Source: the human T2T-CHM13v2.0 reference genome, Homo sapiens
Reading direction: 5' to 3' (one strand)
DNA length: 64,000 nucleotides
NCBI RefSeq assembly: GCF_009914755.1
Contig: NC_060937.1
Numbering within the stretch: the stretch's first letter is position 1; the number at the start of each line of letters is the position of its first letter. A program made the position numbers and the translations under genes. The notes under the pieces were generated by a model, which saw nothing but the letters and a program-made list of their open reading frames with translations, was not told the DNA's origin and did no database searches. This document shows positions 14,001 to 26,265 of the stretch, in pieces.

Positions 14001-17000
14001 CTTTGAGGCCTATTGTGGAAATGGAAATATCTTCACATAAAAACTGCACAGAAGCATTCTGAGCAACTTCTTTGTGATGTGTGCATTCAACTAACAGAGT
14101 TGAACTTATTTTTTGATTGAGCAGTTGTGAAAGTCTCTTTTTGTAGTATCTGCAAGTGAATATTTGGAGCCCTTTGCAGCCTATGGTGGAAATGGAAATA
14201 TCTTCACATAAAAACTACACAGAAGTATCCCGAGAAACTTCTTTGTTATGTGTTCATTCATCTCACAGAGTTGAAACTTTCTTTTGTTTGAGTAGTATTG
14301 AAACACTCTTTTTTGTAGACTGTGCATGTGGATATTTACAGGGCTTTGAGGACTATTGTGGAAAAGGAAGTATCTTCACATAAAAATTATGCAGAAGCAT
14401 TCAGATAAATTTATTGTGATGTGTGCATTCCTTTAACAGAGTTGAAACTTTCTTTTGATTGAGCATTTTTGAAACACTCTTCTTGTAGAATCTGCAAGTG
14501 GATATTTGGAGCTCTTTGATGACTATTGTGGAAAAGGTAATATCTTCACTTAAAAACTAAACAGAAACATTCTGAGAAACTTCTTTATGATGTATGCATT
14601 CATCTCACAGAATTGAACTCTTCTTTTGATTGAGCAGTTTGGAAACACGCTTTTTCTAGAATCTATAAGTGGATATTTGGAGCTCCTTGAGGCCTATTTT
14701 GGAAAAGGATATATCTTCACATAAAAACTACACAGAAGCATTCTGAGAAACTGCATTGTGATGTGTGCATTCATCTCACAGATTTGAACCTTTCTTTGAT
14801 TGAGCAGTTTTGAAACACTCTTTTTGTAGAATCTGCAAGTGGATATTTGGAGCGCTTTTAGGCCTATTGTGGAAAAGAAAATATCATCACATAAAAACTA
14901 TAGAGAATCATTCTGTGAAACTTCTTTGCGTTGTGTTTACTCACCTCATGGAGTTGAAGTTTTCTTTTGATTGAGCAGTTTGGAAACACTCTTTTTGTAG
15001 AATCTGCAAGTGGATAGTTGGAGTGCTTTTAGGCCTACGGTTGAAAAGGAAATATCTTCACATAAAAACTACTCGGAAGTGTTCTGAGAAACTTCTTTGT
15101 GATGTGTGCATTCACCTCACAGGGTTGAAACTTTCTTTTGATTGAGCAGTTTTGAAACACTCTTTTTCTAGAATGTGCAAGTGGATATTTGCAGGGCTTT
15201 GTTGACTATTGTGGAAAGGGAAGTATGTTCACATAAAAATTACACAGAAGCATTCTGAGAAATTTCTTGTGAAGTGTGCATTCACTTCACAGAGTTGAAA
15301 CTTTCTTTTGATTGAGCATTTTTGAAACACTCTTCTTGTACAATCTGCAAGTGGATATTTGAAGCCCTTTGAGGCCTATTGTGGGAAAGGAAATATCTTC
15401 ACATAAAAAGTAATCAGAAACATTCTGAGAAACTTCTTTGTGATGTATGCATTCATCTCACAGAATTGAACCCTTCTTTTCATTAGCACTTTGGAAACTC
15501 TCTTTTTGTAGAGTCTAGAAGTGGACATTTGGAGCTCTTTGAGGTCTATTGTGGAAAATGAAATATCTTCACATAAAAACTACACAGAAGCATTCTTAGA
15601 AAGTTCTTTGTGATGTGTGCTTTCAACTCACAAAATTGAAACTTTTTTTGATTGAGCAGTGTTGAAACACTCTTTTTGTAGAATCTGCAAGTGGATATTA
15701 GGAGTGCTTTGAGGCCAATTGTGGAAAAGGAAATATCTTCACATAAAAACTACACAGAATCATTCTGTGAAACTTATTTGCGAGGTGTTTACTCATCTCA
15801 CAGAGTTGAAGTTTTCTTTTGAATGAGCAGTTTGGAAACACTCTTTTTGTAGAATCTGCAAGTGGTTAGTTGGAGCGATTTGAGGTCTATGGTGTAAAAG
15901 GAAATATCTTCACATAAAAACTACACGGAAGCATTCTGAGAAACTTCTTGGTGATGTTGCATTCATCTCACAGAGTAGAACATTTCTTTTGATTGAGCAT
16001 TTTTGAAACACAGTTTTTGTAGAATCTGCAAGTGGATATTTGGAGAGCTTTGAGGACTATTGTGGAAAAGGAAGTATCTTCACAAGAAAAGTAAACAGAA
16101 TCATTCTGGGAAATGTCTTGTGACGTGTGCATTCATCTCACAGAGTGCTTTGAGGCCCATTGTGGAAAAGGAAATATCTTCACATGAAAACTACAAAGAA
16201 GCATTCTGAGAAACTTCTTTGTGATTTTTGCATTCATCTCACGGTGTTTTACCATTCTTTTGTTTGAGCAGTTTGAAAACACTCTTTTAGTAGAATCTAA
16301 AAGTGGATATTTAGAGCGCTTTGAGGACTATTGTGGAAATTGAAATATCTTCACATAAAAACTACACAGAAGCATTCTGAGAAACTTCTTTGTGATGTGT
16401 GCATTCAACTCACAGAGTTGTACCTATCTATTGGTAGAGGATTTTAGAAACTCTCTTTTTGGAGAATCTGCAAGTGAATATTTGGAGCCCTTTGTGGCCT
16501 ACTGTGTAAAAGGAAATACCTTCACATAAAAACTACACAGAAGCACTCTGAGAAACTTCTTTGTGATGTGCGCATTCATCTCACAGATTTGAACCTTTCT
16601 TTAGACTGAACAGTTTGGAAACTCTCTTTTAATAGAATAAGCAAGTGGATATTTGAAACACTTTGAGGCCTAATGTGGAAGAGAAAATATCTTCACATAA
16701 AAATGACACAGAAGCATTCTGATAAACTACTTTGTGATGAGTCCATTAATCTCACGAAGTTGAACCTTTCTTTTCTTTGAGCAGTTTGGAAACAATCTTT
16801 ACAGAATCTGCAGGTGGATATTTGGAGCGCTTTGAGACAAATTGTGGAAAAGGAAATATCTTCACATAAAAACAGCACAGAAGCATTCTGAGAAACTTCT
16901 TTATGATGTGTGCATTCAACTCACAGACTTGAACTTTTCTTTTGATTGAACAGTTTTGAAACACTCTTTTTGTAGATTCTGCAAGTGTATATTTGTAGCC

Positions 17001-18491
17001 CTTTGAGGCCTACTGTGGAAAAGGAAATATCTGCACATAAAAACCACACAGAAGCATTCTGAGAAACTTCTTTGCGATGCGTGCATTCCCCTCAAAGAGT
17101 TGAATCTCTCTTTTGATTGAGCACTTTTGAAACCCCCTTTTTGTAGAATCTGCAAGGGGATATTTGGAGCCCTTTAAGGCCTATTTTGGAAAAGGAAATA
17201 TCTTCACATAAAAACTACACAAAAGTATTGTGAGAAACTTCTTCATGATGTGTGATTTCGTCTCATAGAGTTGAACCTTTCTTTTCATTGATCAGTTTGG
17301 AAACACTCTTTTTGTAACATCTGCAGGTGGATGTTTGGAGCACTTTGTGGTGAATGGTGTAAAAGGAAATATCTTTAAATAAAAAGTACGCAGAGGCATT
17401 CTGAGACACCTCTTTGAGATGTGTGCATTCAAGTCACCGGGTTGAGCCTATCTTTTTATAGAGCAGTTTTGAAACTCTATCTTTGCAGATTCTGTAAGTG
17501 GATACTTGGTGCATTGTGCAGCCAAGTGTGAAAAAGGAAATATCTTCACATAAAAACCACACAAAATAATTCTGAGAAACTTCTTTGTGTTGTGTGTATT
17601 CATCTCACAAAGCTGAACCTTTCTTTTGATTAAGCAGTTTTGAAACACTCATTTTGTAGAATGTGCAAGTCAATGTTTCGAGCACTTTGAGGCCTATTGT
17701 GGAAAAGGAAATATCTTCACATAAAAACTACAAAGAAGCATTGTGAGAAACTACTTTGTGACGTGTGCATTCATCACACAGAGTTGAACCTTTCTTTTTA
17801 TTGAGCAGTTTGGTAACACTCTTTTTGTAGAATCTCCAAGGGGATATTTTTAGCGCTTTGAGATCTTTGGTGGAAAAGGAAATATCTTCACATAGAAACT
17901 ACACAGAAGCATTCTGAGAAACTTATTTGGGATGTGTGCATTCATCTCACCGAGTTGAATCTATCCTTTGATTGAGCAGTTTTTAATTGCTCTTTTTGTA
18001 GAATCTGCAAGTGGATATTTGGAGCACATTTAGACCTATGGTGGAAAAGGAAACATCCTCACATAAAAACTACGAAGAAGCATTCTGAGAAACGTCTTTG
18101 TAATGTGTGCATTCATCTCACAGAGTTGAACCTTTCTTTTGATTGAGCAGTTTCGAAACACTCTTTTTGTAGAATTTGGATGTGTATATTTGGAGTGCTT
18201 TGTGGCCTGTTGTGGAAAAGAAAATATCTTCACATAAACACTAGACAGAAGCATTCTGAGAAACTTTTTTGTGATGTCTGCATTCGACTCACACAGCTGA
18301 ACCTATCTTTTGATTGAGAAGTTTTGATTCTCTCTTTTTGTAAAATCTGCAAGTGGATATTTGCAGACCTTTCTGGCCTATTTTGGAAAAGGAAACATCT
18401 TCACATAAAAAATAGAAGCATTCTGAGAAACTTCTTTGTGATGTGTGCGTTCATCTCAAAAAGTTGAACATTTCTTTTGATTGAGCAGTTT

Positions 18492-18875
18492 CTATTATTA
18501 TTATTATACTTTAAGTTTTAGGGTACATGTGCACATTGTGCAGGTTAGTTACATATGTATACGTGTGCCATGCTGGTGCGCTGCACCCACTAACTCATCA
18601 TATAGCATTAGGTATATATCCCAATGCTATCCCTCCCCCCTCCTCCCACCCCACAACAGTCCCCAGAGTGTGATGTTCCCCTTCCTGTGTCCATGTGATT
18701 TCATTTTTCAATTCCCACCTATAAGTGAGAATATGCGGTGTTTGGTTTTTTGTTCTTGTGATAGTTTACTGAGAATGATGACTTCCAATTTCATCCATGT
18801 CCCTAAAAAGGATATGAACTCATCATTTTTTATGGCTGCATAGTATTCCATGGTGTATATAGACTGGATCAAGAA
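18492..18875 (-). mobile_element. Short 5'-truncated, 5'-inverted L1 (L1PA2/3-like) in alpha satellite
   Basis: Reverse-complement L1 3'UTR 18492-18860 and a sense-oriented fragment 18859-18875. TSD GATT(G/T)AGCAGTTT at 18479-18491 and 18876-18888. Confidence 0.92.
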
Positions 18876-20545
18876 GATTTAGCAGTTTTTAAAAAATCTT
18901 TTTGTAGTGTCTGCAAGGGGATATTTGGAGCGTTTTGGGGCCTATTGTGGAAAAGGAACTATCTTCACATAAAAACTAGACAGAAGCATTCTGAGAAACT
19001 TTTGGTGGTCTGTGCATTCAACTCACAGATTTCAGCCTTTCTTTTGATTGAACAGTTTTGAAACATTCTTTTTGTAATATCTGTAAATGGATATTTGAAG
19101 CGGTTTGAGGTCTATCTTGGAAAAGGAAATATCTTCACATATAAACTAGACAGAAGCATTCTGAGAAACTTCTCTGTGATAAGTGCCTTCATCTCACAGA
19201 GTTGAACCTTTCTTTTGATTGAGCAGTTTTGAAACACTCTTTTTGTTGTATATGCAAGTGGGTATTTGGAGCGATTTGTGGTCTATGGTGGAAAAGGAAA
19301 TATCTTCACATAAAAACTAGAAGGAAACACTCTGAGAAACTTCTTTGTGATGTGTGCATTCATCTCACCAAGCTGAACCATTCTTTTGATGGAGCTGTTT
19401 TGAAATACTCTTTTTGTAGGATCTGCAAGTGGATATTTGGAGTGCTTTCAGGTCTGTGGTGGAAAAGGAAATATCTTCACATAAAAACTAGACAGAAGTA
19501 TTCTGAGAAACTTCTTTGTAATGTGTGCATTCATCTCACAGTGTTGAAACTTTCTTTTGATTGAGGGTTTTGAAACAGTCTTTTTGATACAACTGCAAGT
19601 GGATATTTGGAGCGAATTGTGGCCTATGGTTTAAAAGGAAATATCTTCACATAAAAACTAGACAGAAGCCTTCTGAGAAACTTCTTTGTGATGTGTGCGT
19701 TCATCTCACTGGGTTGAATCTTTCCTTTCATCGAGCAGTATTGAAACACCCTTTTTGTAGAATCTGAAAGTAGATATTTGGAGCGATTGTGTCCTATGGT
19801 AGTAAAGGAAATATTTTCACAGAAAAACTAGACAGAAGCATTCTGCAAAACTTCCTCGTGTTGTGTTCACTTATCTCACCAAATTGAACCATTGTTTTCA
19901 TTGAGCAGATTTGATACACTCTTTTTGTAGCATGTGCAAGTGAATATTTGGAACGCTTTGATGAGTATGACGGAAAAGGAAATACCTTCACATATAAACT
20001 AGACAGAAGCATTCTGAGAAACTTCTCTGTGATGTGTGCACTCATCTCACAGAGTTGAACCTTTCTTTTGATCGAGTAGTTTTGAAACACTCTTTTTGTA
20101 CCATCTGCAAGTGTATATTTGGAGCGTTTTGCCTCCTATGGTGGAAAAGGAAATATCTTCACATAAAAACTAGACAGATGCATTCTGAGAAACTTCTTTG
20201 TGATATGTGCATTCATGTCACAGAGGTGAACTTCTAGTGTTTTGGACTCATCCAAGCCTCAACATTAGTTTTAAGGCTCCTTGTTCTTTCCAGCAGGAGA
20301 AAAATGAACATGCAAAGCTCTCAGGCTCATTGTTATAATCCTCTCAAGGATCAGTCTCATTAGCAGACAGCAGAGTCTTGATCCCTTGTTTCACCAAACT
20401 AACCACTTGGCTGAGAGAAGTTGCTCTTAGTCCTAGGGGAACTTCTCATAACCTTTGCAAGCTCTTCAAGTATTTGTGTATTTTCCCCTTTCAGAAAGTT
20501 GTGTTTATCTCAGCATCCCATTGTCATCTCCAAAATTAAATAATT

Positions 20546-21003
20546 GTGAAGGATCTAAGATTTCATCCTATTTGTAAACAAACCTATTAATCTTCCATTT
20601 TCATGGATGCTGGTAGAAGGCATAAGGCACTGAAGTATGAAAACAAACCTACTATTTACTGTCTACCTGGAGGCAAAAGCCTCATTTTTGTATTAGTTCT
20701 CCTTGTCCATACTACATTTTTTAGAGGGATTTCAAAAGGCTCAGATGGACATTGCACATGGGGAAGATTTGTGTCACAGCTGAGCAGACTCAAGACTAAG
20801 AAACCTCAATCTTCTTAAAGTAGGTTACATGCAAACCTGTCCAACCTTTGCCTCACAGAGAAAAATTGTCTTTATTATATTGATTGAGTAATTTATCTGC
20901 CATTCACCTGAAGAGAAAAACTACTACCCTTTTTCCAGGTTATTTGTGTACAAAAATCTTTGAAAAATAGCCTGGAACAGGACAGGTATGTGATGTAAGA
21001 CAC
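20546..21003. mobile_element. Possible old ERV solo LTR (family not assigned)
   Basis: TGT...ACA termini ~460 bp apart; sequence recalls ancient MER-class LTRs. Confidence 0.3.
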
Positions 21004-21160
21004 AAAAAAATGACAAACTCTAAGAGACTTTTATAGAACTACATCTCAGTAGCATGCATCTTTTCCATAAAATGTTGCACTAAACAATCCTGTGATGAAA
21101 AAATTCCATTGAAGATTTTTGACATGAAGACTAACTTTTGTTGTTTTGTGTTGTGGGATT

Positions 21161-21364
21161 GTTCAAGTGATTCTCCTGTGTCAGCCTCCAAAGTAGCTGG
21201 AGTACAGGCTCCCACTACCACACTCAGCTTATTTTTCTATTTTTAGTAGAGACGGGGTTTTACCATGTTGGTCAGGGTGGTCTCGAACTCATGATCTCAG
21301 GTGGTCCACCTGCCTTGGCCTCACAAATTGCTAGGAATATAGGCATGAGCCACCATGCCCGGCC
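21161..21364 (-). mobile_element. AluS fragment lacking its 3' end and tail
   Basis: GTTCAAGTGATTCTCCTG...TTTTTAGTAGAGACGGGG...GAGCCACCATGCCCGGCC. Confidence 0.9.
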
Positions 21365-21594
21365 CCAGAAATGAAAGTTCTATGTGTGAAGTAATGTAAT
21401 TCTGACTGATAAATGACAGGTGACAGTAAGTGAAAATCTAACACAATTCAACCTTTTTACATATTTAGACATATTGTAACTTGTTAGCTTATTGGAAAAA
21501 GTTAAATGACTACCAATTTATACGGCATATTTATTCTGAATGAATTGCTAATCTAGATTTGAGAGATGAAATAATTATTTTTACAACACAGAAA

Positions 21595-22291
21595 CATAAA
21601 GTGCATTTCCATATACCAACAATGAACAATTTGACAGTAAATTAATAAAACAATTGTTTGCAACATTAAAATAATATAATTCTTAGAAATAAATTTAATA
21701 AGAAGGTACATATTTTGTACAATAAAAAATACAGGATCAGAATATTTATGAAAAAAACTAAAAAGGAGTTAAATAACTGGCAACAAATTCCATGTTCCTG
21801 AACCGGAAGACTTAATGAAGTTAAGATGACAATACTACTACCCAAAGTAGTGTACAGATGTACTGTAATCCCAATTTTTAATTTTTCCAACTTTTCTTTT
21901 GCAAAAACAAAATAACTCATTTAAAACTTCATATGGAATTTGAAAATCCTCTGAATGTACAGAATAATCTTGAAAGGAAGAACAAAATTAGATGGCTCAC
22001 AATTTTAAATTTGAAAACATACAAAGCTACTATAATTATAACAGTTTGCTAGTGGCGTAAGAACAATTGTAGAGATCAAATAAATAAAATAGATAATCCA
22101 AAAAACCCTTGCATAAATTATTGATTGTCTTTCGACAAGGGTGCCTTAATCATTATGTAAAGAAAAGGACAGTTTGTTCCACAATAAATGCTGGGAAAAC
22201 AAGTCCACATTGAAACCAGTAAAGTTGAATCTTTATCACATTCCAAGTACAAAAATTAAATAAAAATAGATTAAAGACATAAGTGTTCAAC
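21595..22291 (+). mobile_element. Ancient L1M ORF2 fragment
   Basis: Degenerate ORF2-like sequence (GCATTTCCATATACCAACAATGAACAA; ATTCCATGTTC; AAATGCTGGGAAAAC). Confidence 0.7.
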
Positions 22292-22679
22292 TTTAGTGGT
22301 TTCTAATGGTTGTTTTTATTTATGTGGGGTCAGTACTAACATGAACACCTTTATACACACAAACTAGAAAACTTTAAAGAAATGGATACATTACTAGATA
22401 TACACACTCTCCCAAGATTAAGCCAGGAAGACAATTATTTCCTGAATGGACCAATAAAAAGCTCTGATATTATATAGGTAATAAGTAGCTTGCCAATCAA
22501 AAAAATAAAAGCCCTGGACTTTCTGGATTTACAGCCAAATTCTACCAAATGTACAAGGGAGAGCTGGTACAATTCCTACAGAAACTATCCCCAAAAATTG
22601 AGGAGGACGGTCTCCTCCCCAACTCATTCTATAAGGACAGCATGATCTTGACACCAAAACCTGGCAGAGACACAACAAA

Positions 22680-22870
22680 AACACAAAATTAGCCGGGCTT
22701 GGTAGCAGACACCTGTAGTCCCAGCTACTTGGGAGGCTGAGGCAGGAGAATGGCATGAACCCAGGAGGCGGAGCTTGCATTAAGCAGAGATTGCACCAGT
22801 GCACTCCAGCCTGGGCAACAGAGGGAGACTCCATCAAAAAAAAAAAAAAAAGAAAGAAAGAAAGAAAAGA
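22680..22870 (+). mobile_element. 5'-truncated AluY-like right monomer with A/(GAAA) tail
   Basis: AluY-type GAATGGCATGAACCCAGGAGGCGGAGCTTGC; L1 ORF2 resumes after the tail. Confidence 0.85.
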
Positions 22871-23757
22871 AAACTTCAGGCCAATATTCTTGACAAACAT
22901 CAATACAAAAGTTCTCAGAAAAATATTTGTAAACCAAATCCAGCAGCACATCAAACAGGTAATCCGTCATTATCAAGTAGGCTGCCTCCTTAGGATGCAA
23001 GGTTGGCCCAGCATGTGCAAATCAATAAATGTAATACATCACATAAACATAACTAAAAACAAAAAACAGACGATTATCCCAATAGATACAGAAAATAATA
23101 AAAGCTGTGTATAAAAAACCCACAGCCAACAATCTGTTGAATGGGCAAAGTTGGGAGCTTTTTTTTTGAAAACCAGCACAAGGCAAGAATGCCCTCTCTC
23201 ACCATTTCTATTCAACATAGTATTGAAAGTCCTGACCAGAGCAATCAGGCTAGAGAAAGAAATACAAAAAGCATCCAAATAGGAAGAGAGAAAGCCAAAC
23301 TATTTCTGTTTGCAGATAACATAATTCTATATCTAGAAAACCCTGTAGTTTCAGGTACAAAGCTTCTTTAGTTAACAAACAACTTCAGCGAATTTTCAAG
23401 ATACTAAATCAATGTGCAAAGATCACTAACATTTCTCTACACCAATGATAACCACACTGACAGCAAAATCAGAAAGGCCATCCCATTCACAATTGCCACA
23501 AAAATGATAAAATACCTGGAAATGCAGCTCACCAGGGAGGTGAAAGAGCTCTACAATGAGAATTAAAAAACACTGCTCAAATAAATCAGAGAAGACACAA
23601 ACAAATGGAAAACCACCTCATGCTCATGGATAGGAAGATCCAATATAACTAAAATGGCTATACTTCACAAAGCAATTGACAGATTTAATGCTATTTCCAT
23701 CAAACTGCCAATAAAATTTTTTACAGATCTAGAAAAAACTATTTTAAAATTCGTATA

Positions 23758-24042
23758 GGCTGGGTGCAGTGGCTCATGCCTGTAATCCCAGCACTCTGGG
23801 AGGCCAAGGGGTGCAGATCATGAGGTCAGGAGATCGAGACCATCATGGCCAACATGGTGAAACTCCTTCTCAACTAAAAATACAAAAAATAGCTGGGTGA
23901 AGTGGCAAGCGCTTGTAATCCCAGCTACTCGGGAGGCTGAGGCAGGAGAATTCATTGAACCAGGGAGTCAGAGGTTGCAGTGAGCTGAGATTGCACCACT
24001 GCACTCCAGCCTGATGACAGAGTGACATTCCATCAAAAAAAA
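23758..24042 (+). mobile_element. Full-length AluSc-like element
   Basis: GATCATGAGGTCAGGAGATCGAGACCATC...GGCCAACATGG; degenerate TSD AAAATTCGTATA/AAAATTATATAT. Confidence 0.88.
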
Positions 24043-24820
24043 TTATATATATGAAACCAAAAAGGAGCACACATAGCCAAGGCAATCCCAAGCAAAAAAG
24101 AACAAAGCTGCAGGCATCAGGTTGCCTGGCTTCAAATTACACTACAGGGCTATAGTAATGAAAACAGCATAACACTGATACAAAAACAGACACATAGACA
24201 AATGGAGCAGAATAGAGAGCCCAGAAACAAGGCTGCACATCTATGCCATGTGATAATTGACAAGGCTGACAAAAACAAGCAGTGAGAAAAAGATTATTTA
24301 TTCAATAAGTGGTGCTGGAATAATTGGCTGGCAACATGTGGAAGATTGAAGCTGGACCCCTTATTTATATCATATACAAAAAAAAAATCAACTCAAGACT
24401 GATTAAAGACTTAAATATAAAATCTTTATGTATAAAAACCATGAAAGACAATCCAGGCAATACCATCCTGGATATAGGAATGGGCAAAGATTTCATGATA
24501 GAAAGACCAAAAGCAACAGCAAGAAAAGCAAAAATTAACAAGTAGGATTTAATTAAAGTAAAGAGATTTTGCATAGCAGAAAAAAAACTATTAACAGAGT
24601 AAACAGAAAACCTATGGAGTGGAAAAAAATATTTGTAAACTATCCATCTAACAAAGGTCTAATATCTAGCATCTATAAGGAACTTAAATTTACAAAAGAA
24701 AAACAACCCCATTAAAAAGTGGGCAAAGACAATGGACAGTTTTCGAAAGAAGACATACATGAGGCCAAGAAGTGTATGAGAAAAAGCTCAGCATCAATGA
24801 TAGTTAGAGAAATGAAAATT

Positions 24821-25022
24821 AAGTGATCCTTGTGCCTCAGTCTCCCAAATAGCTGGGACTACAAGCAAGCACCACAATGCCCAGACAATTTTTGAATTTT
24901 TAGTAGAGATGGGATTTTGCCATGTTTCCATGGCTGGTCTTGAACTCCTGAGCTTAAGTGATCAGCCTGCCTCAGCCTCCCAAAGTTTTGGGATTACAAG
25001 TGTGAGCCACCATGCCTGGACT
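24821..25022 (-). mobile_element. AluJ-like fragment fused directly to the L1
   Basis: AAGTGATCCTTGTGCCTCAG...GAACTCCTGAGCTTAAGTGATC...GAGCCACCATGCCTGG. Confidence 0.85.
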
Positions 25023-25235
25023 CCATTATTCAATCTAAGAACTACATGCAGAAATGTGTTCAGGTTTTAAAATTTTATTCACTTCTGCACTGATACTTTC
25101 AAACCAAATTTTATAGCAGCATCATTTACAGTAAAAAATTTAAAAAGAAATCCAGATATCTTCTAAGAGTCAAACAGACAAAGAAAATATGGTATATACA
25201 CACAACAGAATATTATTTATCCTTAAAATGAATGT
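25023..25235 (+). mobile_element. Ancient L1M fragment (ORF2 end / 3' region)
   Basis: TTTATAGCAGCATCATTTACAG...AAAATATGGTATATACACACAACAGAATATTATTTATCCTTAAAA. Confidence 0.7.
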
Positions 25236-26265
25236 GGGGGGGAGGAGCCAAGAAGGCCGAATAGGAACAGCTCCGCTCTACAGCTCCCAGTGTGAGTGAC
25301 GCAGAAGATGGGTGATTTCTGCATTTCCAACTGAGGTACCAGGTTCAACTCACTGGGGAGTGCCAGACAGTAGGTGCAGGACAGTGGGTGCAGTGCACCG
25401 TGCATGAGCCGAAGCAGGGCAAGGCATTGCCTCACCAGCGAAGTGCAAGGGTTCAGGGAATTCCCTTTCCTAGTCAAAGAAAGTGGTGACAGATGGCATC
25501 TGGAAAATCGGGTCACTCCCAACCTAACACTGCACTTTTCCAACAGGCTTAAAAAATGTCACACCAGGAGATTATATCCTGCACCTGGCTCAGAGAGTCC
25601 TACGTCCACAGAGCCTCACTCATTGCTAGCACAGCAGTCTAAGATGAAACTGCAAAGTGGCAGTGAGGCTGGGGGAGGTACGCCCGCCATTGCTAAGGCA
25701 TGAGTAGGTAAACAAAGTGGCCAGGAAGCGGGAACTGGGTGGAGCCCACCACAGCTCAAGGAGGCCTGCCTGCCTCTGTAGGCTCCACCTCTGGGGACAG
25801 GGCACAGACAAACAAAAAGACAGCAGTAACCGCTGCAGACTTAAATATCCCTCTCTGACAGCTTTGAAGAGTGTAGTGGTTCTCCCAGCTTGCAGCTTGA
25901 GATCTGAGAATGGACAGACTGCCTCCTCAAGTGGGTCTCTGACTCCTGAGTAGCCTAACTGGGAGGCACCCCCCAGTATGGTTGGACTGAAACCTCACAC
26001 AGCCTGGTACTCTTTTGAGACAAAATTTCCAGAGGAACAATCAGGCAGCAGCATCTGCGGTTCACCAATATCCGCTGTTCTGCAGTGAGAGCTGCTGATA
26101 AGCAGGCAAACAGGGTCTTGAATGGACCTCCAGTAAACTCCAACAGACCTGCAGCTGAGGGTACCGACTGTTAGAAGGAAAACTAACAAACAGAAAGGAC
26201 ATTCACACCAAAAACCCATCTGTACATCACCATCATCAAAGCCCAAGTTAGATAAAACCACAAAG
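25236..26265 (+). promoter_or_regulatory. L1 5'UTR internal Pol II promoter region (CpG-decayed), long form retaining the ~129-bp segment
   Basis: 1030-bp UTR. The YY1 site is mutated (CAAGAAGGCC vs CAAGATGGCC). Extra segment ~26012-26140. Confidence 0.75.

Larger units (their letters stand above)
22293..24820 (+). mobile_element. Older primate L1 (L1PA13-16/L1PB-like) ORF2 segment; 5'-inverted, 3' end missing, two Alu insertions
   Basis: Continuous ORF2 homology ([14 protein letters not shown]; LFLFADNIILYLENP). Segment 22293-22342 is inverted. Confidence 0.85.

Noticed and set aside
25616-25690. L1 antisense ORF0 start (MAGVPPPASLPLCSFILDCCASNE)
   Set aside because: Terminates at a TGA after 24 codons, so it is not intact.
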